IMG/VR virus record: IMGVR_UViG_3300006056_000037
Length of the DNA: 64,000 nt
Direction: 5' to 3' (one strand)
From: a virus
The position numbers and the translations under genes are program-made. This document shows, piece after piece, positions 50,372 to 58,750 of the stretch (within the stretch, counting starts at the first letter, position 1; every line of letters starts with the position of its first letter). Below the pieces are notes generated by a model. The model saw only the letters and a program-made list of their open reading frames with translations, made no database searches and was not told the DNA's origin.

Positions 50372-53300
50372 TCAACCCTCCAGTAGATCGTCGCCAGGTT
50401 TCAAATCGCCCGCCAGCACTTTCTTGTAGTTCTTCAAAATCAGCACGTGGTTCTTCGTGCAGCTGAACTTTTCACCGTTCGCCAATTCTATCGTGATGAT
50501 GTCTTCCGCGGGCACAAAGTATTTAAACCAATCCGTAACAAGCTCGATCCCGTGCGTCACCGGTTGCTTGCGTTTGCGTGGTAGGGTCACGGTCGGAACA
50601 TATCCGCTATATCGCCCCTCAACTAGCTCCGAAATCTTAACAGGGCAGTCTGCAACGGCTCCGTCGCAATCTAAAGTAGACTCAGAACAATCGCGGACCA
50701 TCACGTAGGTATCTCCTACGAAACAACCGGTCTCTCCCCCTTTAGCTGGAGTCTCATCCATGGAATAAGACCCACCGTCGCGTCCCTGACTCTTCGACTC
50801 TGCCGTGTGATGCAGCTTCATCATGAAGCGATACCCGGTGCCTACGCCTTTTACGCGAAGATTACGTTCAGGCCAGTAGACTTCTTCAGTGCTCTGCAAT
50901 CCGTGCTTCTTCAGCTCTTGCTCCGTCCAATCTTCCAAATCTTTAATATCCGTAAAGTCAGGCACCTTAACGGGCTTACCCGTTAAGGCTGCGATCTTCC
51001 CCAGAGCTGCTTCGATGTTTTGACTAGGATTCGTACGAGTTACAACACCGTCAGGACTTAAGAGCACCTCATAGGGCTTACCGTCTTTGTCGTGCGGCAT
51101 TTGGGCATCTGGGACAATGGCAGAGATGACACCTTTGTCTCCATAACGTCCGCTAAGCTTGTCTCCAACTTCTGCGGCGGATTCTGACTTAACGAGCACG
51201 ACCGGCCCGTTTTTACCCCAAACGACATCGGTAACAACCCCCGGACTATGATGCTTCCAGGTAATTGAATCATCGGAATACCCTGCTTGCCGCTTTTTAT
51301 GAATCTTGTTTAAAGCACGATCACGTTCTTTTGCTGCGAGTACGAGCGGCTGACCGTACTCAACCGTCTCACCGACTTTGATCGTGCCACGCTCGTCGAG
51401 CTTGGCTAACGTAGCCTTATCGTACGTCCCGGCAAATAGCGAAATGAACGCGTTCTTGCCCATCTTGTGCTTATCAGACACTTCCAGCTCGTGCTGGTAC
51501 ATGTGCTCGGACGTAAGACGTTTGGCCGCACTTTCCGATATGACTTGAGCATCCTCGAAGTTAAGTCCTTTATAGGGGAAGTACGCTACACGCATATTAA
51601 GCCCAAGAGCTGTCGCTCCGGTGTTGTCCGTGTAATTTGACTTAACCAGTACCTGCCCAGGCTCGAATCGATCGCCAGGTTGCACCAGAGGTTCTTGATG
51701 CACGAACGTATTATGCACCACCAGCCCTTGGCACACCGCAAATGCTTCTGCATCTTTCACGGATAAGTCGTACACCCACTCTTGGTGTTGCATAAGCTCG
51801 ATAGCCGCGACCTTATCCCACATGACGTCTGAACGTCCCCAGTCACCATACGGTCCTGTTGCTGCCGCAAGCCTGTGTTTCGCCACAGCTCCGCCGTGTG
51901 CAGTCTTGTGTACGTACTTAGGTACGCGAGTAAACCCCGCATAAAGAACACGTCTTGCTGCGACGTTGGGGACAGGGACAGCCTCAAACGGTGACGAGCG
52001 ATATTTGAGCTTCAACAATTCTCTAAACTGTCGCTCGCGATCAACGTAAAAGAACCACCTTGGTATTTTATCCAGATGTCTCGCAATCACACGCAGACCG
52101 TAACCGTCTCGCCAATTCGCGTTTATATGGTTTCTGGGAGCGTCGAACTTTGTACAGAATACTCCAAGAGTCGACAGGACGGAAATTATGCCGTCGCGTA
52201 AGCGCTTAGATACCGATACGGCTGCAACTTGCACGGCCCCGGCTGTGTCCCACAAACAACCATCGCCGCCCATGTACCCTTCGATAAGTCCTCGTCTGTA
52301 TTTTGCCGGAGCGGTCAGTACCCAATCCGGCACAAATTTGTTGTGGGAAAGATGACCGAACTGTGTTTTAAACCGTTCGTATCGTGTGTGGTCTGTGAAA
52401 CAAACGTTGCCGCCATTACGGTAGGCAGAGATTGCCATATCTTTAAGTAACCGCAAGACTTTGTTCGCACGTACCTCGTCCGCAACGGCAATACAGACGA
52501 GACCTGCTTGCTCCGCACAATGCCCCTCAGCAAGATACAACCCGTCAAGCCGACCAGTATCGACGTGATCGCCAAGCCCTTCGCCGACATCCGGAAGCAT
52601 AGCGATCGGTAATCGCGTGCGACCAATCACGCAATCCAAAGGATAAATGGGACAAAGAGACCCGTCTGACCCAATTGTCATAAGGCTGTGATCTTCAGTC
52701 ACAATCACTTCACGTCCACTGTCTGTAGTTACGCGGTATAGCCGCTTGTCGTTAGCGTGTTTTAAGTATCCGGTAACTTCCATCCACGCAGATCGCTTCG
52801 TCGCAGGATCGATTGACAGTGTTAAATCGCCAGCCTGCCAATCATATTCTTCGATAGCTACCGTCCGTACTCTGGTACCCCGACGGATATAAATCTGCGT
52901 ATCCCCAGAAACAGACTTACGGTTGAAAGGGTGGTGTTGGTACAGTTCGATCTCGTCCGTGGTCCCGTCTTCGTATTTGACTTGCATCACCCCGTCTTTA
53001 TAACCCATTACCCGGCCACCTTTGTCCGCCTTAACTGAGCCCATGTGTTTGCCGTATTCGTCTTCGTACGACGTACCGGGTTTCCCGGGAATGCCACCCT
53101 GCACGAATGGCGCTTCGGCGTTTTTGACAGGTAAAGCCTGCGTGATGTATCTCGCACCCATGGACACCCGCCCGGGCTTAGTGGCAGACATGAACGGTAC
53201 AAGATTGGAGAGGGGACTAAACGCCGCCGAGAAATCCGGTAACGTGTACTCAATCTCATCCCGTTTCACGTAGTCCAGCTTACCGGCCTTCATAACAGGC

Positions 53301-54811
53301 ACGCGAGCCATCGTTTGCCAGAATGGGTCTTTGGCTATTTCCGGTGTCGTAATAGCCGCATCAGATAAGTCTTGTGGCGATTTCCACACCAAGTTACCGG
53401 CGTTGTCTCGTACCTGTGTGTAAATACGTCCGTCACGTCCTTTACGGCTTGCTCGGGCCATGTAAAGATCCACACCAACGCGAAAACTCTCGGGTGTTCG
53501 GATCGGGTCCATAAACCCCATGTGGGACGGCTGCACACTACGAGCTTCGTCTGGGATAGCGTCAATAGACGGGATACCGCCCTCGCCAAGTCGCGTAATC
53601 CGGGTCTGCTTGTCAAAGACTTCTGCCGGATTGATTTCCTCCAGAGCCTGTGCGAGACCACTACCAAGCAGCACTTGCTCCATCTGTGGCGTCATAACTC
53701 CAGACTTCATCTTGGAGAGCGAGCCACCCGCTTTAACGATATCCCGAAACACCTGCTTCCGAATGTTTCCGTGGTCTCGCTTGATGCGTTCAGCGAACAG
53801 GTCTTCTGGCCCTAGGAACTGCTGATACGCTAAGTGGTCACGGTCGTCTGGTGCCACTTCTTTGCGATTGACCCGCAGTAACTTATTCGTCGCCGCTAGA
53901 ATGGCTTCCTTGGACACGCGATCATACGGTTTGCCTAGTGTGCGTTGCGTTACCTCTGGGTCCAGCTCCATACTGTTGAAACGTTCAACGAGTTTGCGCG
54001 TCGTATCGCCCTCACTGGCCCCTTCCAAATCCTTCTGCCGAAGTAATCGCTTTGACAGTTTCGTTATGGTCGCGGCTCCGTCATCCTTGCCGCAGTTTGT
54101 CTGCCACAGCGCATCCCCCCAAGCATCGCGAATCTCGCGGTCTGTCGTACCCATTGCTCGCAGCAACGGAAGCAATGGCATCTCCGCCTGCCCCAGCTTG
54201 ATCTTGAAGACACCTTTGTCTGGGTCTAGAAAGTAGCGGTGACTAACACCTTTTCCCGGAAGAATGTTGAAGTGGCTTTCTAGCTCTCCGTTGTCTTTAA
54301 CGCGAGCGAACACCCCGGCACGCAGACGCTGTTGATGGTTAATCGTGTACTCGTTACCGCGGTTAACGAACGTACCCATACTGGACAAATATGGTACGGC
54401 ACCAACGATCTGATTTCGCTTCTCAATCAGTTCACCCGTCCGTCTGTTATACAGTTCCCAAGTACCCTTCATACGTCTGGACAATGTTTCTCCGGCCAGC
54501 ACAGCCTGCTTGCGGCGCTTACGGGAAAAACGCTCCGGGTCGGCCCAATCGACGTTAGACAGCTTCAACGAGTAATTGTCGTCTTCGATAGGATCGATTG
54601 ATTTGGCCGCTTCCAACGAAGCGTCGTAAATGTATTGCCGCGACGCTTTGGTGTCCCCGAACTCCCGCATGTCCGGAACGGCATTAAGCGGTGGCGTCGG
54701 TTTGACTCCAAACATGCCAGCAGGCGATGGAGGTGCCGCCGCCTGCATTATGTTCAGATCTACTTTTGGCGGCTGGGTACGTAGAGGTTGTGTAGGTGTC
54801 GAAGGTAACAC
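50372..54811 (-). CDS. rpoB: Phage RNA polymerase beta subunit with cis intein and terminal split-intein N-half
   Basis: GTFVNRG...RAGVF; INPAEVFDKQTRITRLGEGG; PIRTPES; ALGLNMRVAYFPYKGLNFEDAQVISE; GDKLSGRYGDKGVIS; MMKLHH...GSYS; GTG start after AAGGAG. Confidence 0.92.
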   Translation of the reverse strand: MLPSTPTQPLRTQPPKVDLNIMQAAAPPSPAGMFGVKPTPPLNAVPDMREFGDTKASRQYIYDASLEAAKSIDPIEDDNYSLKLSNVDWADPERFSRKRRKQAVLAGETLSRRMKGTWELYNRRTGELIEKRNQIVGAVPYLSSMGTFVNRGNEYTINHQQRLRAGVFARVKDNGELESHFNILPGKGVSHRYFLDPDKGVFKIKLGQAEMPLLPLLRAMGTTDREIRDAWGDALWQTNCGKDDGAATITKLSKRLLRQKDLEGASEGDTTRKLVERFNSMELDPEVTQRTLGKPYDRVSKEAILAATNKLLRVNRKEVAPDDRDHLAYQQFLGPEDLFAERIKRDHGNIRKQVFRDIVKAGGSLSKMKSGVMTPQMEQVLLGSGLAQALEEINPAEVFDKQTRITRLGEGGIPSIDAIPDEARSVQPSHMGFMDPIRTPESFRVGVDLYMARASRKGRDGRIYTQVRDNAGNLVWKSPQDLSDAAITTPEIAKDPFWQTMARVPVMKAGKLDYVKRDEIEYTLPDFSAAFSPLSNLVPFMSATKPGRVSMGARYITQALPVKNAEAPFVQGGIPGKPGTSYEDEYGKHMGSVKADKGGRVMGYKDGVMQVKYEDGTTDEIELYQHHPFNRKSVSGDTQIYIRRGTRVRTVAIEEYDWQAGDLTLSIDPATKRSAWMEVTGYLKHANDKRLYRVTTDSGREVIVTEDHSLMTIGSDGSLCPIYPLDCVIGRTRLPIAMLPDVGEGLGDHVDTGRLDGLYLAEGHCAEQAGLVCIAVADEVRANKVLRLLKDMAISAYRNGGNVCFTDHTRYERFKTQFGHLSHNKFVPDWVLTAPAKYRRGLIEGYMGGDGCLWDTAGAVQVAAVSVSKRLRDGIISVLSTLGVFCTKFDAPRNHINANWRDGYGLRVIARHLDKIPRWFFYVDRERQFRELLKLKYRSSPFEAVPVPNVAARRVLYAGFTRVPKYVHKTAHGGAVAKHRLAAATGPYGDWGRSDVMWDKVAAIELMQHQEWVYDLSVKDAEAFAVCQGLVVHNTFVHQEPLVQPGDRFEPGQVLVKSNYTDNTGATALGLNMRVAYFPYKGLNFEDAQVISESAAKRLTSEHMYQHELEVSDKHKMGKNAFISLFAGTYDKATLAKLDERGTIKVGETVEYGQPLVLAAKERDRALNKIHKKRQAGYSDDSITWKHHSPGVVTDVVWGKNGPVVLVKSESAAEVGDKLSGRYGDKGVISAIVPDAQMPHDKDGKPYEVLLSPDGVVTRTNPSQNIEAALGKIAALTGKPVKVPDFTDIKDLEDWTEQELKKHGLQSTEEVYWPERNLRVKGVGTGYRFMMKLHHTAESKSQGRDGGSYSMDETPAKGGETGCFVGDTYVMVRDCSESTLDCDGAVADCPVKISELVEGRYSGYVPTVTLPRKRKQPVTHGIELVTDWFKYFVPAEDIITIELANGEKFSCTKNHVLILKNYKKVLAGDLKPGDDLLEG
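50375..50725 (-). mobile_element. Split intein N-terminal half (117 aa)
   Basis: Block A CFVGDTYV, block B FSCTKNHVL, ends AGDLKPGDDLLEG-stop. Confidence 0.85.
51710..52915 (-). mobile_element. Cis intein (402 aa) with LAGLIDADG homing endonuclease in RNAP beta
   Basis: Starts SVSGDT, block B VIVTEDHSL, LDGLYLAEG and LIEGYMGGDG motifs, VYDLSV, ends VVHN|T; removal restores PFNRK-TFVHQEPLV. Confidence 0.9.
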
Positions 54812-54822
54812 GAGTGGTCTCC

Positions 54823-56085
54823 TTACTCAGACTCAGAACCTGGTACCGCCATAGGCTCCGGTTGTGCGTAGATCTCCGTAGGTTGTTGCATGAAACGACG
54901 GCGTTGTCGCTTCTTCAGTGCAGATTCAAGAACGGCCCGACGACTTCTCTTGGAAAGTTTGTCATACACAAGGGCACCAGCCAGCAGGCCAGTGGCACCG
55001 GCGTACATGCCGTAGCGGTTTGTAAGTTGTCCGGCCATGTTCGGAAGATCCATGGCTTGCTTTACGTTCGTGTCTTGCGCCTGCATAGCTGTCAAAAATG
55101 TGTCGTACAACTCGTCTAAAGCTTGCCCGACTTTCACCATCGTATTCGCGTCTTCTGCGTTCTTGTTCATAAGCTCGGGATGGATCTCAACGGGTTTGCT
55201 GTACTGGCTCATAAGTGCGTCGTGGAATTGCTCCCGAGCGTCCGACAACTCGCTCTCCATCTTCTTTCGCCGCTGGCGGTTGATAAGCATGTCCATGCCT
55301 TTCCAACCAAGAGCTGCACCACCGGCTAAACCCAACATAGACGCAGGACCGTACCAGGGTACGCCGTCTTTGGTACTCGCCATGTCGCCAGCTACGAAGC
55401 TTCCGACCTTTTCGGGTGCCGCGGGAAACGGCATCGGTAAATGGGCAGGACCAGTACGCGTCTTCTTTGGCCGATTGGCTCGAAGATGCTGCACGAGACC
55501 CAACAGACCACGTCCTGCAATACCGACACCTAAACCGCCCAAGCCGAAGTCCTGCACGTCTTTAAACGCGTCAGACTGCAACCGCTGGGCTGTCATGTTT
55601 TGCACAACGCCAGCAAATGCGTCCAGCGTTTGGTCGGACGAATACTTCTCGTCCGTGCCGTGTCCCATCAGTTTATCTGCACCCTTCCAACCACCGAAGC
55701 CCCCGAGTGCTCCACCGGCAAGCGCAGTTGCCAGCACGCCCGCTGGAGCCATCCCTGTACCAGTGCCGAGCATAGCCCCACCAGCTAGCCCTGCCGCGGC
55801 CCCACCCGCGGTTAATGCTCCGCGACCCGCCCCGCGAGCAGCCCCTATGATCGGGCGTTTCTTTGCCGTGCCGTATCCGGCACCAGCGATTCCCCCAATC
55901 TTGGCCCCAGCGAGAGCGCCCCCTAAACCGTAAAGCAAGGGAACACCCAACCCTACGGTCACCGGGTGTTCTTGTATTTGTGCCTGCAGGGCGTCTTGCA
56001 ACGTCTGCGGATTCTGCAGGTTGGCTTGCTTTTCCTTAGCAGCCTTAACCTGCGCCAGTATAGCCAAGGAGGTTTTGCTTTCCAT
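54823..56085 (-). CDS. Putative ejection/internal protein with multiple glycine-zipper hydrophobic segments
   Basis: Several GxxxG arrays separated by EKQA, EKYS, EKVG, NKNA, VKQA. Confidence 0.55.
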   Translation of the reverse strand: MESKTSLAILAQVKAAKEKQANLQNPQTLQDALQAQIQEHPVTVGLGVPLLYGLGGALAGAKIGGIAGAGYGTAKKRPIIGAARGAGRGALTAGGAAAGLAGGAMLGTGTGMAPAGVLATALAGGALGGFGGWKGADKLMGHGTDEKYSSDQTLDAFAGVVQNMTAQRLQSDAFKDVQDFGLGGLGVGIAGRGLLGLVQHLRANRPKKTRTGPAHLPMPFPAAPEKVGSFVAGDMASTKDGVPWYGPASMLGLAGGAALGWKGMDMLINRQRRKKMESELSDAREQFHDALMSQYSKPVEIHPELMNKNAEDANTMVKVGQALDELYDTFLTAMQAQDTNVKQAMDLPNMAGQLTNRYGMYAGATGLLAGALVYDKLSKRSRRAVLESALKKRQRRRFMQQPTEIYAQPEPMAVPGSESE

Positions 56086-56476
56086 GCGACAACTCCATAA
56101 TACCCTGATTAACGTACGGCGTCCTTGTCCCGTCCTCTATGTAGTACTCGACCCACTCGACATAATGGAATCGTGTACGCCGACCCGTTTCAGGGTCCGC
56201 CCAAAACCGTTCTAAATGCACGAGCTGAAACCAGCCGTTGTAACAACACTCTAATACATCCAAGTACTGTTTATTACTTGCCGGGTCCGAGACGTCAAAA
56301 AATCCGTTTCTGGCGTCAGCAACCTTTACGGTTTTCTCGTCCCACTCATCTTCCCGATACATCGGGGACTGGTCACCGCGAAACGGAAGACCGTCAACGT
56401 TGGCACGGTCCCAGTGCAGTTTAGTCCCGTCTGGCGTACTGGTACGATTCGCGTACCGCACCAAGCTTGGAGGCAT
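56045..56476 (-). CDS. Hypothetical protein
   Basis: 143-aa ORF in operon orientation. Confidence 0.55.
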   Translation of the reverse strand: MPPSLVRYANRTSTPDGTKLHWDRANVDGLPFRGDQSPMYREDEWDEKTVKVADARNGFFDVSDPASNKQYLDVLECCYNGWFQLVHLERFWADPETGRRTRFHYVEWVEYYIEDGTRTPYVNQGIMELSHGKQNLLGYTGAG

Positions 56477-56494
56477 AGTAAGCTACCCTTTGCG

Positions 56495-56905
56495 TTACAT
56501 AAAAACGCGACCAGTGCGTTGAACTTCTTTTGAGAAGTCCCGGACTTGCTTCTGGCGCTTCAACCGTTCCGCTTGTCGTTGATACTCTTCAACAAGCTCG
56601 CGATTCTTAATATCGTCTACATCGGTATCGTCCAAGTCCGTTGCTTTTGCAAGCCCGTAACCTGCGAGCCCGCCAAGAACCGGAGGAGCAGCCAAACCGA
56701 TCGGAATGGCGTAGCTTCCAAGGGTCTTAACCAGACCGCCAGCAGCGTGAGCTGTACCTGACACCAAATCACCGATACCGGCCTTCTTCTCCAAAACGTC
56801 TTTTGCCGCTTTGATTCGTTGCAGCATCTGTTCTGGTGTCAGGGCCTCTGCAGCGCATTGCTGGAGGAACCCGACTTTGAAAGCATCCCGCGGAAGTAGC
56901 GGCAT
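56495..56905 (-). CDS. Small glycine-zipper protein with N-terminal K-x-A leader
   Basis: ATG 56905 after AAGGAG; EKKAG then PVLGGLAGYGLA. Confidence 0.55.
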   Translation of the reverse strand: MPLLPRDAFKVGFLQQCAAEALTPEQMLQRIKAAKDVLEKKAGIGDLVSGTAHAAGGLVKTLGSYAIPIGLAAPPVLGGLAGYGLAKATDLDDTDVDDIKNRELVEEYQRQAERLKRQKQVRDFSKEVQRTGRVFM

Positions 56906-56915
56906 AACGAACTCC

Positions 56916-57305
56916 TTACATTGCACACTGGTTTCCTGGAACCAACACAGTCTTGGGTCGACGGCGAACCAAATCGCGACGAGCAGAAGCGTCTGACGGC
57001 ATACCTTGTTCTTTGGCCCGACGAACAACTTCAACCATTGCGTCAAGCATGCCTTGGTATTCGGCAATACGACTACCGTCGAACTGGTCAAAGCTGTGCT
57101 TCTGTCGTGTATGCTGTCCGCTGTTCTTGATCATCTCCTGAATACCACGCATACGCAGCAGCGCACTACGAACACTGATTGCTTTGTAGCTGTTATCCGA
57201 ACCGTCTTCGATGTGGATCAAACCCCGTTCGGCCCACATGCGGAGTTTTCCGAAACAAACGACTTGGTTACCCGAAATAGAAGAGTTGCCAGCAAATAGT
57301 AACAT
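56916..57305 (-). CDS. Hypothetical protein
   Basis: ATG 57305 avoids overlap with the upstream gene. Confidence 0.5.
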   Translation of the reverse strand: MLLFAGNSSISGNQVVCFGKLRMWAERGLIHIEDGSDNSYKAISVRSALLRMRGIQEMIKNSGQHTRQKHSFDQFDGSRIAEYQGMLDAMVEVVRRAKEQGMPSDASARRDLVRRRPKTVLVPGNQCAM

Positions 57306-57313
57306 GGGGGGTA

Positions 57314-57337
57314 CTTCCAAAAACCACTTTTTAGATT
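57314..57337 (-). repeat. 24-bp dyad motif copy 7 (intergenic)
   Basis: Minus strand AATCTAAAAA-GTGG-TTTTTGGAAG. Confidence 0.9.
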
Positions 57338-57355
57338 TAACGCCTATTCGAGATT

Positions 57356-58513
57356 CTAACGCCCGAACAGTTTCGGCACCACAGCACCTAGTACTCCGAG
57401 CACGGCACCTGCCGCACCAAAAGCAGGAGCACGATAGGGCGTTCCGACAACCGCGTTGATTGCCGCACCAGCCAAGTACCCTTTGGCGTAATCTCCGGCA
57501 GCATTCGCAGCGAGTTGCCCAAGTTGATTGCCTGTGACCCATCCCGGCTTACTTCTCTCGTCGGGTAATTGTTGTGCCGCATACATACCTGCCATAGTTG
57601 TGGCAGCGAGGTTGGGTGAGGCACCTGTGTCCCAAAGAGTTCGCCCAAGCGTGTCGATGTTTACGTCGGTAGGCAGACTACCCAGACGTACATCGGCAAC
57701 GCCGAACGTGTTGGCCACTTTAACAACAGCTGCACGGTACCGATCGCTTAGCGGGATTGCCTGAAGATCCTCACTGAACTTTATGCGAGGTAGCTTGGTG
57801 TTATGTAGCTGGTGCCCTACGTTTTCCAGGCGTTCTTGAATGTGATTACCTTCTGGAACTTGGGGAGGCCACGAAGCGTTGGAACCATCAACAGCGTGCG
57901 GGTAATTGAAAGGGGTAGATCCGTGTTCAACATTTAGTAAAGCAGGATCGTTTAGCTCTCGACCGTCCAGTGCATTCGTTATGCCCCACATAGCTCCCGG
58001 TGCTGCGCCAAGTGCACCACCGAGAAGCATACCAGTACGACTAAATCGGTCGCCATAACCTTCCGGCATGAATTTTCCGAGCAGTTTGCCTGCACCCCAA
58101 CCCAAGCCAGCACCAACAACGCCGCTGGTTAACATGGCCGCTAACGGTGACGGATGATTCGGTACGCCGTCTGCGTACTGGCCAGGAAAGAAATTTAGAA
58201 GTTCCCCGGCGCGTCGCAGTGTAGAAGAATGGGCCACTTTGACCCATTTACCGTTTGGATCTGCGAGTTGCTGATAGCTAAGAAAAAGCGGTTCTTCTCC
58301 GCTGACTGAATGTGCAGCTTTTTTCACCCGCTGCGTATCGAAATCTGCCGCTAAAGGGGCAAATATACCGATACGCAAAGAATCTGGATGCACGTAGTAG
58401 CCAACATGCGAACCTGTAATCACGTTTGTAGTGACCTGGCGAAGGTCGAAACCGAGTTTTTCGACACGATCCGTCCACAAATCTAGTATTTCCGGAACTT
58501 GTTCCCAGTGCAT
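57356..58513 (-). CDS. Putative internal virion protein with glycine zippers
   Basis: GAGGTG SD; GVVGAGLGWGAG, LLGGALGAAPG; VKKAA, VKVAH, VKVAN. Confidence 0.55.
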   Translation of the reverse strand: MHWEQVPEILDLWTDRVEKLGFDLRQVTTNVITGSHVGYYVHPDSLRIGIFAPLAADFDTQRVKKAAHSVSGEEPLFLSYQQLADPNGKWVKVAHSSTLRRAGELLNFFPGQYADGVPNHPSPLAAMLTSGVVGAGLGWGAGKLLGKFMPEGYGDRFSRTGMLLGGALGAAPGAMWGITNALDGRELNDPALLNVEHGSTPFNYPHAVDGSNASWPPQVPEGNHIQERLENVGHQLHNTKLPRIKFSEDLQAIPLSDRYRAAVVKVANTFGVADVRLGSLPTDVNIDTLGRTLWDTGASPNLAATTMAGMYAAQQLPDERSKPGWVTGNQLGQLAANAAGDYAKGYLAGAAINAVVGTPYRAPAFGAAGAVLGVLGAVVPKLFGR

Positions 58514-58690
58514 CCTACACCTCGCCTGAGTCGTTTTTCAGTTTCCTATAGGATAAAAAGTTATCCTAATAAGCTTTTAATAAAAGCTACAACGACCCGT
58601 CTTACGCGGGTCTGTAATGTGGTTTTGGAAAAGAGCGCAGTCTACCAGCTTTTCCGACCCAACTAAATACGCTTCGCCGAGAGGTCCAGC

Positions 58691-58734
58691 AAAACGGGGT
58701 ACGCACTTCGACGATTGAAGTACGTACCCCTTTT
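58691..58734. terminator. Bidirectional terminator-like hairpin after nrdJ
   Basis: AAAA-CGGGGTACG...CGTACCCC-TTTT. Confidence 0.65.
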
Positions 58735-58750
58735 ACTGCTTTAACTAGTT

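Noticed and set aside
50062..50725. Pseudogene or frameshift error interrupting a cis intein
   Set aside because: Both halves end and start cleanly at the usual split position with their own SDs, and the intervening ORF is intact and coupled; read-level confirmation is still needed
42109..54811. Cellular rpoBC operon
   Set aside because: No ribosomal protein genes flank it, the motifs are divergent, and it is embedded among capsid morphogenesis genes
55037..55933. 298-aa plus-strand Pro/Ala-rich ORF
   Set aside because: Antisense shadow of the Gly-rich 54823..56085 gene
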